From assembly GCA_045543695.1 (NCBI GenBank), contig JAZPXQ010000011.1, positions 98,923 through 162,922 on the forward strand: a stretch of DNA of 64,000 bases, read 5' to 3'. Shown piece after piece: positions 54,645 to 63,387 of the stretch. The notes below the pieces were generated by a model that was not told where the DNA came from, ran no database searches, and saw only the letters and a program-made list of their open reading frames with translations. This DNA is from Acutalibacteraceae bacterium. Its GTDB lineage: Bacteria; Bacillota; Clostridia; Oscillospirales; Acutalibacteraceae. The translations under genes were made by a program, and so were the position numbers. Within the stretch, counting starts at the first letter, position 1, and the number at the start of each line of letters is the position of its first letter.

Positions 54645-57497
54645 TTAATACTTATCAGTTACTACTCTTGTTCTTGAATAATCACTGCTTGTTTTGCTGT
54701 AGAATGCTTTAACCTTGTATGTGTACTTTGTACCCTTCTTTGCAGATTTGTCTGTGTAAGAAGTATTTGATACACCATTTTCAAGTTTGATTCTTTCGTA
54801 GCTACCTGTACCGGTCTTACGGTAAACAATGTAACCTTCAGCACCTGCTACCTTTGACCATTTAAGTGAAACACCCTTCTTGGTGCTTGTAGCTGATTTC
54901 AAGGTAGGATCTTCAAGATAATATCTTGAAAGTGAATTTGAACGAGCGGAAATACCAGCTTCATTTATTGCACGAACGGAGTAATAATACTTTGTACCGG
55001 ACTTAGCTGTATCATCAGTGAAACTTGTCTTCTTTGTAGAATCCAAGTATTTCCATTCACCGTTCTTGGTTTTACGATATACTCTGTAATAATCAGCACC
55101 GCTTACTGCAGACCAATCAATTTTTACACCCTTGGAAATATTTGAAACCTTTTCAACCTCGGGGCGTGAGCATTTAAGCTGTGAAATAGCTGCTGTTTCG
55201 AGTGTTTCGCCACACTCTGTGCATTCTTTGTGTTTCTTACCTGCAGCATTTGCTGTAGCTGCTTTATCTATAATCCAATCGCCTTCGCTATGTCCTAAAG
55301 CAGCGATTTCTTCTGTTGCAAGAACTATACCACAATCAGTACACTCTTTATACTTGGAGCCAGCGCTTGTGCAGGTTGCTTTATCGCCAACAATCCATTT
55401 ACTCTCTGTATGACTTACAGCAGGAAGAATTGTAACTTCGCCAACAAACTCTTTACAAAGAGCACACATCTGACCTTCTTTACCTTCTTTATCGCATGTG
55501 GGCTCGATTCTTACAGGTGATGAGTAAAGCTGATGTTCACCATACTCTTTTTCTGTATATGTATCACCACAATTTTCGCATCTGTACTCAGTTGCACCCT
55601 TTGCAATACATGTACCGGCTCTTAATACTGTTGCGATATAATTATGAGTAAGTGCAGGAACTGGTTCTGTATAAGTAGTACCACAGCCATTTTTACAAGT
55701 AAATGTTTTTTCGCCTTCCACATCACAAGTGGGAGCAAGTGTTACAACACCGTCATCGTAATCGTGACCGATTGCAGGAATTGCCTCTGTGTATGTAGAA
55801 CCGCAACCATTTTCGCAGGTAAAGGTTTTTACACCCTCAGCTTCGCAAGTTGCTTCGATTGTCACTACACCATCGTCATAGCTATGACCGGTTGCAGGGA
55901 TTACGTCTGTGTATGTATCATCACAATCTGTTCTTGTACAGGTGTATGTCATAACACCGTCTTCATCACAACTAGCTTCTTTGGTTACAACACCTTCATA
56001 GCTGTGACCTAATGCATCAACAACGCCTGTTTCTTTAACATTACCACACGCTGTACACTGTCTTTCTTTAACACCGGTGTCATCGCAATCGGGCTCAATA
56101 GTAACAATCCAGCTTGTGAGATTTGAATGAGTAATTTCAGTATCTATTGCGTGATATGCTGCATAGCTTGCTGCGTAAGAATCGCAGTTAGCCTTAATTT
56201 TAAGTGTATCGCTACAACCATTAAAAGCATTTGTAGCAATTTCTTCTACACTATCGGGAATTGCTACAGTTTCAATTGCTGAGCAACCAATAAAAGCATC
56301 CTCACGGATTTTACTTGTACCATCTTTAACAGAAACTTCACCTGTCTTAGCAGCAGGGCAAGAAATAAGATCTGTGAAATTAGAGTTATAAAGAATACCA
56401 TCTTTACTTGCGTAGAATCTGTTTTTAGCTGCAACATTAATAGCTGTAAGCTTACTGCAGTTTGAAAAAGCACCACTGCCAATTACTTCAACGCCAGCAG
56501 GAATATCAATTGATATAATGGCTGTACCATCAAAAGCAGAATCACCAATTACTGTAACTGATGAAGGAATAGCGATTTCTGCAAAGCTTGAACAATCTTT
56601 AAAAGCATTTTTTCCGATTTCTTTAATACCTTCAGGAAGGTTTGCAAGTCCTTTAAGAGAAGAACAACCGTAGAACATGCCTTCGCTTATTATAGGCATT
56701 GCGCACTTGATTTCAACATTTTCCAACGCTGTACATTTTCCGAATGCATATTCACCGATTGACTGAACATTATGACCGATATATGCAGATTTTGCTGCTT
56801 TACAATCATAGAATGCGTATTCGCCCACTGACATTGTGCTATCAGGAATAATAATCTCTTTAAGAGATGCACAGTTTTCAAAAGCCAAACGACTAATAGC
56901 CTCTATACTATCAGGAAGGTTTATGCTCTCAAGTGCTACACAATCTTCAAACATACCTTCAGTGATACGAGTAATACCATTTTCAATTTCTACAGTTTTC
57001 AATCCGTCACAGGATTTGAAAATATTTTTACCTGCGAAACCAGTATTTCCCTTGATGATAACTTTCTCTAAAGAATCGCAATCGTAAAATGCGTATTCAC
57101 CAACACTACCTATACCGGAAAGAGTAACAGTTTTTAACGCATCACAATCCTGGAAAGCACACTTACCAATATCTGAAAGCTCGCTGTTAAATGTAATCTT
57201 TTCAAGCTTAGGATAACCTGAGAAGAGGTAATCCTTAACCATTTTTACAGGATTTAAGAAAACAACTTCTTTAATGGAACCAATGTACTTTGTCCAAGTT
57301 GGATCTTCGATATCTTCATAAATAGTCAATACGCCACTATCGTCGAATTCCCAATCTGTTCCGATTAATGCCCCAAGCTCATCACGGGGACCGTCCGAAT
57401 CAATTACCGCTGCAAATGATACAACTGATAAGCAAGAAAAGCTGCTTAAAGTAACAATTACAGCAAGAAGAATTGATAAAATCTTTGACTTTTTCAA
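54645..57497 (-). CDS. Secreted surface protein: BspA-type leucine-rich repeats, 8 Cys-rich modules and 2 Fn3-like repeats
   Basis: Signal peptide from TTG 57497 (MKKSKILSILLAV...). Repeated IGEYAF.DC..L LRR_5 units. Tandem TC-x(8-9)-C-x(2-4)-C...GH modules. The C-terminal repeats WSxVxGAxxYxVYRK are Fn3-like. Confidence 0.85.
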   Translation of the reverse strand: MKKSKILSILLAVIVTLSSFSCLSVVSFAAVIDSDGPRDELGALIGTDWEFDDSGVLTIYEDIEDPTWTKYIGSIKEVVFLNPVKMVKDYLFSGYPKLEKITFNSELSDIGKCAFQDCDALKTVTLSGIGSVGEYAFYDCDSLEKVIIKGNTGFAGKNIFKSCDGLKTVEIENGITRITEGMFEDCVALESINLPDSIEAISRLAFENCASLKEIIIPDSTMSVGEYAFYDCKAAKSAYIGHNVQSIGEYAFGKCTALENVEIKCAMPIISEGMFYGCSSLKGLANLPEGIKEIGKNAFKDCSSFAEIAIPSSVTVIGDSAFDGTAIISIDIPAGVEVIGSGAFSNCSKLTAINVAAKNRFYASKDGILYNSNFTDLISCPAAKTGEVSVKDGTSKIREDAFIGCSAIETVAIPDSVEEIATNAFNGCSDTLKIKANCDSYAASYAAYHAIDTEITHSNLTSWIVTIEPDCDDTGVKERQCTACGNVKETGVVDALGHSYEGVVTKEASCDEDGVMTYTCTRTDCDDTYTDVIPATGHSYDDGVVTIEATCEAEGVKTFTCENGCGSTYTEAIPAIGHDYDDGVVTLAPTCDVEGEKTFTCKNGCGTTYTEPVPALTHNYIATVLRAGTCIAKGATEYRCENCGDTYTEKEYGEHQLYSSPVRIEPTCDKEGKEGQMCALCKEFVGEVTILPAVSHTESKWIVGDKATCTSAGSKYKECTDCGIVLATEEIAALGHSEGDWIIDKAATANAAGKKHKECTECGETLETAAISQLKCSRPEVEKVSNISKGVKIDWSAVSGADYYRVYRKTKNGEWKYLDSTKKTSFTDDTAKSGTKYYYSVRAINEAGISARSNSLSRYYLEDPTLKSATSTKKGVSLKWSKVAGAEGYIVYRKTGTGSYERIKLENGVSNTSYTDKSAKKGTKYTYKVKAFYSKTSSDYSRTRVVTDKY

Positions 57498-57640
57498 AAG
57501 AAACACCCTTTCGATATAAAATGCTTTAAGTATTTGTCAAAAATATACAATACCACAAAGTTCATTATAATACACCGGTATATTTTTGTCAACTGTTTCG
57601 TTTTAAATACACAAAGGTATTTTGTTGTTGTTTTTACAAC

Positions 57641-58654
57641 TCATATTCCCAGATTGTTCAGAATAAACATATCTATATTTGCCCAATAATTGTCCTTATC
57701 TGTCTGTAGATTTTTTCCGTGTGTTCCGTTTTCAATTATAACCTCTTCCACTCCTTTTGAGTTGCAATTTTCATAAAGCTTTTTACTTTCAAGTGGCGGA
57801 ACAACTGTGTCATTTTCCCCATTAATAAACATTACGGGAATTTCAATTTTTTTAAGTCGGGCAACCGTGTCGGCGTTTTTAAGGTTTTCGCCTGTTTTAT
57901 TTTCAGCTAAAAAGGATATTATTCTTACTCCGAGAGCTGAAGAAAAACGGGTTTCGTTTTTTATGTACCCCTTCACAACAGACTCAACAGAGGTATAGCA
58001 GCTATCTGCAACAAGCAGTCTGACATTTTCGGGTAACGCTTCCGTAGCAGCAAGGGTTACTGCATTTGCTCCCAAAGACACCCCAAAAAGAGCAATTCTG
58101 GATTTTTTATCATTACTTACTATATATTCAGCCCACTCGGTAACATCCAAGCGGTCATTCCAACCGAAAGAAATATTTTCATAGGGGCTATCGCCATGAC
58201 CACGCATATAGGGCAAAATTATATTAAAACCAAGATCATAAAAATGCTTTGCGTATTCTTCCGTTGCTTCAGGACTTTCTCCGTAACGGTGACATATAAT
58301 TATATAACTATGGGAAATATGCTCGTTCTTTATTTCTAAAGCCTTTAAATTCTTACCCTCTGAATTTTCAAGCTCAATTTTTTTGCTATTCTCAGAAACC
58401 CAGTCAGAACTTGAAGCTCCCACTTGACCGTATGAATACTCTGTAAAGTCTTTTGAACCATCCTTTTTAAATAACGACAAGCTAAAAAACACTGAAGCTG
58501 CCACATTTATGAGAAGCACCGAAGCCACCAAAATCACACAGACTAAAAAGACAATTTTCTTATACTTATGCTTCTTACCATTGTCATTAACATAAAACAC
58601 AGCAGTGGGTCCATCCTGTTCTTCCATTATGGTTTTTATTTTTCTTATTTTCAT
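57641..58654 (-). CDS. Membrane-anchored alpha/beta hydrolase
   Basis: N-terminal TM, the GVSLGA nucleophile elbow, and downstream Asp and His segments (NGENDTVV, GTHG). Confidence 0.75.
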   Translation of the reverse strand: MKIRKIKTIMEEQDGPTAVFYVNDNGKKHKYKKIVFLVCVILVASVLLINVAASVFFSLSLFKKDGSKDFTEYSYGQVGASSSDWVSENSKKIELENSEGKNLKALEIKNEHISHSYIIICHRYGESPEATEEYAKHFYDLGFNIILPYMRGHGDSPYENISFGWNDRLDVTEWAEYIVSNDKKSRIALFGVSLGANAVTLAATEALPENVRLLVADSCYTSVESVVKGYIKNETRFSSALGVRIISFLAENKTGENLKNADTVARLKKIEIPVMFINGENDTVVPPLESKKLYENCNSKGVEEVIIENGTHGKNLQTDKDNYWANIDMFILNNLGI

Positions 58655-58719
58655 ATTACATTATACACCCTTTCAGATATGCTGCTATGATACCACAACA
58701 CGTACCCTAAATCAACTCA

Positions 58720-58748
58720 TTGACATAAAATGTTATTTGATATATAAT
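58720..58748 (+). promoter_or_regulatory. Consensus sigma-A promoter of mntP
   Basis: TTGACA, 17 nt, TATAAT. Both hexamers are perfect. Confidence 0.65.
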
Positions 58749-58771
58749 TCACTTCCAATTTAATTTCGGAG

Positions 58772-59356
58772 ATGTTTCACTTGAGTTTAATTGAAATTAT
58801 TTTACTTGCAGTAAGTCTTTCTATGGATGCCTTTGCAGTTGCTCTTTGTAAAGGTCTTGCTCTAAAAAAAATCAATTTAAAGAGTTGTGTAATTGTCGGC
58901 TTATGGTTTGGTGCCTTTCAGGGATTAATGCCTATGGCAGGATATTTTTTAGGCAGTACCTTTGCAGATAAAATCACTTCAATTGATCACTGGATAGCCT
59001 TTATTCTTTTAGCCATTATCGGTGGTAATATGATAAAGGAATCCTTTGAAAAATGCGATGAATGTAAAGATGCCTCCCTTGGCTTCAAGGCAATGCTGAT
59101 TATGGCAATCGCAACAAGCATAGATGCACTTGCAATTGGCGTAAGCTTCTCATTCACAGATTTCGAGCCCGACTGGTTCGTTTACATAGCCTTTGCTCTA
59201 ATCGGCATAATCACCTTCACACTTTCTGCCATTGGTGTTAAAATTGGTAATATATTCGGTACAAAATACAAATCAAAAGCCGAATTTGCAGGAGGCTTGA
59301 TACTCATACTGTTAGGTCTTAAAATTCTTCTTGAGGGTTTAGGTATTTTACAATAA
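58772..59356 (+). CDS. mntP: Manganese efflux pump MntP
   Basis: LSMDAFAVA and [11 protein letters not shown] are twin DUF204 motifs. The start is ATG 58772 (GGAG directly adjacent) or TTG 58781 (9-nt spacing). Confidence 0.85.
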   Translation: MFHLSLIEIILLAVSLSMDAFAVALCKGLALKKINLKSCVIVGLWFGAFQGLMPMAGYFLGSTFADKITSIDHWIAFILLAIIGGNMIKESFEKCDECKDASLGFKAMLIMAIATSIDALAIGVSFSFTDFEPDWFVYIAFALIGIITFTLSAIGVKIGNIFGTKYKSKAEFAGGLILILLGLKILLEGLGILQ

Positions 59357-59360
59357 ATTT

Positions 59361-59411
59361 AAAAACACCCCTTACTTTTAGTCTGTTACTAAAAGTAAGG
59401 GGCGTGTTTTA
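59361..59411. terminator. Bidirectional terminator
   Basis: CCCCTTACTTTTAG / CTAAAAGTAAGGGG stem, extended by ACAC/GTGT, with flanking A and T runs. Confidence 0.75.
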
Positions 59412-60302
59412 GAATCCCTTTATCCTTTTTAAATCACGATAATTGATAAGCTCAATACCACAAGCCTTGATATGTTGAAGTGTCTGTGGGTCAGAGAACA
59501 ATTTATGCTCCCACACTCTTCTGTGCCATACGCCTGTAATAGCTTTAAGGTCATCACTTTCAAAAGCAGGATGTATATAGGTTTCGGTTACACCGTTAGG
59601 GAATGATCTGTAAAGCTCATAAATATATTCCTTAAAATTCTCATAGCTATCATTCTGAGGACCATTCCATTCACCGGGGATAAGATAATCCGGCATTGCT
59701 ATACCTTTACTTTTCGCATAACCAAGAACCTGATCAAAAACAGCACCGATAACATCAACATCAATTTTAACGTCTAGTGTTTCGTTTTTGAACATTTCCG
59801 GAACGAAAGTACCCGGAAAACGGAAGGGAAGACCATATTCCCCTGCAATATCAAGCGTAAGATTAAGAATTTCAAACCTTCCTGTTTCAATTCCGTAAAG
59901 AGAACCCATATGATTATCAAGGTGTGATGGCTCGACACCGAAGGATTTAAAGCGCTCAATCTGAGCTCTGATTTCACCCTCAACCTCTGAAAGCACACAA
60001 TTTTTTTCAAAATCACCGGACTCGTGATACATAAAATCCTCTGAATCCCTCAAGGAATCTGTATTATTATGGGCAATCGGAGACCATCTGTAATTTCCCC
60101 ATTCACTTGTAAAAGTCAAATGAACACCAACTGCATATTCAGGATGAGCTGCTGCCCACCTACCCGCCTCCTTCGCCCAAGGACAGGGAGTCATAATTGT
60201 TGATGATGTTATTCCACCCTTTTCAAATAAATCCACAACTGCCATATTGGAAGAGTGATTCATTCCAAAATCATCTGCGTTGATAATTAAATATTTATCC
60301 AT
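59409..60302 (-). CDS. YdjC/ChbG-family carbohydrate deacetylase
   Basis: LIINADDFGMNHSSNMAV N-terminal motif and LDNHMG, typical of ChbG/HpnK. Confidence 0.8.
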   Translation of the reverse strand: MDKYLIINADDFGMNHSSNMAVVDLFEKGGITSSTIMTPCPWAKEAGRWAAAHPEYAVGVHLTFTSEWGNYRWSPIAHNNTDSLRDSEDFMYHESGDFEKNCVLSEVEGEIRAQIERFKSFGVEPSHLDNHMGSLYGIETGRFEILNLTLDIAGEYGLPFRFPGTFVPEMFKNETLDVKIDVDVIGAVFDQVLGYAKSKGIAMPDYLIPGEWNGPQNDSYENFKEYIYELYRSFPNGVTETYIHPAFESDDLKAITGVWHRRVWEHKLFSDPQTLQHIKACGIELINYRDLKRIKGF

Positions 60303-60328
60303 ATCACTTTCTCCTTTTGAAAAGAGGA

Positions 60329-61426
60329 TTATTTACCATTCTTTTCTGCTTCCTCAAACAAATCTGCAATGCTTGAGGTTACCTGGTTTTTTGCTGTTTC
60401 TGTTTCCTCTTCAACAGCTTTTGTTGCTGTATTCATAGAAGCAATTTTCTTCTTCTTGAAAATGAAAAGAAGAACTATTCCAATTATAGCAAACAACCAA
60501 ACCAAAACCAATATAACAATAAGCAACACTACAGATACGCCACTATTTTGTTCATTCACAACAGCCTCATAGGAAACCGACACGCCTGTAGTAAGCTCGG
60601 ACGGAACCTCAACAGCACTCATATTATCGCCCAAAACACTTTGGTAATAAAGAACCTCTGCCGCTTTAATAACATTCTCGGTTACATTGCCGTTAACCTC
60701 TAAATCATTATCGTGCTGAAGCTTTTTTACAACTGCAACTGTAGCTTCATCAAGAACACCTGTTATACCATCTGCCTTCAAGCCATAATCGGTGTAAATA
60801 AAAATCCACTGCAACCATTTTATGCCTTCATCCTTATCTCCTGCTGCGTATGTACCGGTTGGTTTTTTGTAGGGATTGGATGTTGCTGCATAATCAACAG
60901 TTTCACCTTCAAATTGTTCTTCCGTTGTATTACTTTCAGTCACTTGTGTGGTACTTTGAGTTGCAGCAGGTACCGGAATTATTAAACCGATATCAGCTTC
61001 TGTTGTTTGCACAGGTGCGGATGTTGGCTTCTGTGCTGAGCCACCACCTAAAATACCACCTAAAACATCGCCAAAACCATCTCCGATGCCGCCTATGGCA
61101 TCACCAACGCCACCAAGCACCTCTCCAAGACCACCACCGGATGACCCCGAGCCTATGTTTCCCAAAGAATCGCCTAATGAACCATCACCAAGACCACCCA
61201 AAGCGTCGCCCAAGCCTGAGGAGCCGCCTCCGATGCCACCAACAACATCATCTACTATGCCACCCAAAGAGCCCGTTGAATTGGTTGTTTCTTCATTTTC
61301 TGCATAAAAAAACTTGGCAGTTGCAGTAGTAACATCTGTCTTCACAGCATTATCAACACCAAAAGCTGCTACACAAACAGACAATGCAATAATTATGCTG
61401 CACAAAGTCGTTATCTTCTTACTCAT
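60329..61426 (-). CDS. Type I membrane protein with a Gly-rich repeat region and a PG_binding_1-like domain
   Basis: Signal peptide from ATG 61426 (SD AAGGATG). About 80 aa of G(D/S)xLGG(I/L/V)G repeats. LKADGITGVLDEATVAVVKKLQ is a peptidoglycan-binding-like segment. A C-terminal TM is followed by a KKKK tail. Confidence 0.7.
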   Translation of the reverse strand: MSKKITTLCSIIIALSVCVAAFGVDNAVKTDVTTATAKFFYAENEETTNSTGSLGGIVDDVVGGIGGGSSGLGDALGGLGDGSLGDSLGNIGSGSSGGGLGEVLGGVGDAIGGIGDGFGDVLGGILGGGSAQKPTSAPVQTTEADIGLIIPVPAATQSTTQVTESNTTEEQFEGETVDYAATSNPYKKPTGTYAAGDKDEGIKWLQWIFIYTDYGLKADGITGVLDEATVAVVKKLQHDNDLEVNGNVTENVIKAAEVLYYQSVLGDNMSAVEVPSELTTGVSVSYEAVVNEQNSGVSVVLLIVILVLVWLFAIIGIVLLFIFKKKKIASMNTATKAVEEETETAKNQVTSSIADLFEEAEKNGK

Positions 61427-61626
61427 TAAATATACATCCTTAACATCAGTTTCAACCAAAGAATTATAACACAAATAAAATCAGCTTTGCAATAGAGTGC
61501 ATTAACATTCCCCATTTGCAACAGTTTTGTATTACGCTTTTTATACACATAACACAAACGCCATTCACGAAAAATTCACGATAGGATAATTAATAGAACA
61601 CACAACCTGTGATTGTGTCTTATTCT

Positions 61627-63141
61627 TTAGAGCTCTAACGCCTCTAACTCGGTGATAATCTCTTTCTGCCTCTCGTAGAAGAGGAGCTCTTTATTGTGCT
61701 TGAAATACTCTTTACAACCATATCTGCTTATAAAGTGCGCACCATAGTAGCTTATGGTAAGCTCTGTCACAAGAATAAGCATTTCCTGACCGTCACCACC
61801 GAACACACCCTCACAGAAAATAAAGATATTCGAAAGCTTTTTACCTGCTTTATCAGCAGCCTTTTTGAGATCCTCTCTCTCCTTATCAAAGCACTTTTTT
61901 ATCAAAAGGAACGCATTGGCATTATCATCAGGCTGTTCCTCTTTAATTACAGTAATAATTTTTTCAATTACTTCAATTGTTGAGCGATACTTAAACTCAT
62001 CTTCACCGGAAAGACTTGAAGCTTTTTTTCCGACAGCTATATTATTTTCGTACTTTTCAATTTCCTTGTTCAAAGCACTAATTGCATCTGCGCCGGGCTT
62101 TGTAAGCTCGATTTTTACACTTTTAAGAGAATTAAGTAGCTCTGTCAAAGAAAACTCTTTAGCACACACATCACGAAGCTCTGCTGTTACCGCATCAAGC
62201 AAAAGACCAAGTAAGCTGAAGCGTTCGTCAAACTGCGCATTTTTAGCACGTGCCTTTGTTCCTTCATCTGCCTTACCCGCAAGAATTGCATCAACCTGAT
62301 AATCTGATTTATATTTATTGAACAAGTCATAATATGTAGCGAATTTTTTCGCAATTTTTTTATTCTGAATATACTGAGCAATAAATCTTTCTGTAACAGG
62401 AATACCGTTTTGCTCGTAAAGATGGATCATATCTGATAAATCAGACCAACCACGGGCAGTTACGAAGCTTTTCCCGTCAACTGTGGTTTCTATTTTATAA
62501 AAATCACCCTTCTTAATATCCAGGTATGTGATAATTGAAGCATGAATTCCTTTTTTGTATGCGTATTCCTTCCAGGCATCGAAATCAGGTTCAACATCAA
62601 TTCTTTTAAGCCTGTCCCAAGTAACAATATCAAATTCACGAACAGAATTATTGTATTCCGGTGGGTTACCGGCAGTTACAACAATCCAGCCCTCCGGTAC
62701 CCGATGGCGACCAAAAACCTTATACTGAAGGAACTGAAGCATTGCAGGTGAAAGAGTTTCTGAAACACAGTTCACCTCGTCAAGGAACAAAATACCTTCC
62801 TTTTTTCCTGTCTTTTCAATCATATCATAAACAGATGCTATAATTTCAGACATTGTGTATTCTGAAACATCATATTCCTTTCCACCATATTCTTTCCTCT
62901 CAATGAAGGGAAGACCGATAGCAGATTGTCTTGTGTGGTGAGTCATTGAATACGAAACAAGACTGACTCCTAATTCTGATGCAACCTGCTCCATAATAGC
63001 TGTTTTACCAATACCGGGCGCACCCATCAAGAACACCGGACGCTGACGCTCAATGGGAATAACATAGTTTCCGAACTTATCCTTTGTAAAATATGCCTTC
63101 ATGGCATTTTGAATTTCATTTTTAGCTTCTTTAATATTCAT
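61627..63141 (-). CDS. MoxR/AAA_5-type AAA+ ATPase with a ~210-aa helical C-terminal domain
   Basis: Walker A GAPGIGKT, Walker B ILFLDEVN, sensor VVTAGNP. SD AGGAGGA. Confidence 0.8.
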   Translation of the reverse strand: MNIKEAKNEIQNAMKAYFTKDKFGNYVIPIERQRPVFLMGAPGIGKTAIMEQVASELGVSLVSYSMTHHTRQSAIGLPFIERKEYGGKEYDVSEYTMSEIIASVYDMIEKTGKKEGILFLDEVNCVSETLSPAMLQFLQYKVFGRHRVPEGWIVVTAGNPPEYNNSVREFDIVTWDRLKRIDVEPDFDAWKEYAYKKGIHASIITYLDIKKGDFYKIETTVDGKSFVTARGWSDLSDMIHLYEQNGIPVTERFIAQYIQNKKIAKKFATYYDLFNKYKSDYQVDAILAGKADEGTKARAKNAQFDERFSLLGLLLDAVTAELRDVCAKEFSLTELLNSLKSVKIELTKPGADAISALNKEIEKYENNIAVGKKASSLSGEDEFKYRSTIEVIEKIITVIKEEQPDDNANAFLLIKKCFDKEREDLKKAADKAGKKLSNIFIFCEGVFGGDGQEMLILVTELTISYYGAHFISRYGCKEYFKHNKELLFYERQKEIITELEALEL

Positions 63142-63184
63142 AACATCCTCCTGTATTCATTGTTTAATTTCTGATATTATTTTT

Positions 63185-63367
63185 TTAGGCACCTTTGCAA
63201 ACGGGATAATGACTCCACCAGTAAAATTCACTGTAAGGATTCCCTCCCCCCATAAAGATGATATCCGAAAAACTTGTTACACTTTCAAGTATTCCGATAT
63301 CACTATCCTTACCATTATATCTTTTAAACAAGCCTTTTTCAATCTCAGTTTTATAATAATCAATCAT
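63185..63367 (-). CDS. Small hypothetical protein (60 aa), uncertain
   Basis: The ORF sits 20 nt after the LRR gene stop and 43 nt before the AAA gene. The SD is weak (AGAAG). No recognisable motif. Confidence 0.3.
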   Translation of the reverse strand: MIDYYKTEIEKGLFKRYNGKDSDIGILESVTSFSDIIFMGGGNPYSEFYWWSHYPVCKGA

Positions 63368-63387
63368 TTTGAACTTCTGGAATTTTA

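Noticed and set aside
55176-56096. Periodic ~115-nt DNA repeats that could be mistaken for a CRISPR or satellite array
   Set aside because: They lie entirely inside one long ORF. The periodicity equals the protein repeat, the copies are diverged, and there are no unique spacers.
60850-61329. Pro/His-rich plus-strand ORFs (159 aa and 73 aa)
   Set aside because: They mirror the Gly-codon (GGN) repeat tract of the minus-strand Gly-rich protein, because antisense NCC gives Pro.
63228-63262. Possible third, degenerate copy of the two-hairpin element (TCCCTCCCCCCATAAAGATGA resembles GTCCCCCTCCC...AAAGATGA)
   Set aside because: No GTTA-loop hairpin, no paired stem after the C-run and no GTAAAAGTAT block. 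The similarity is limited to a C-run and 8 nt.
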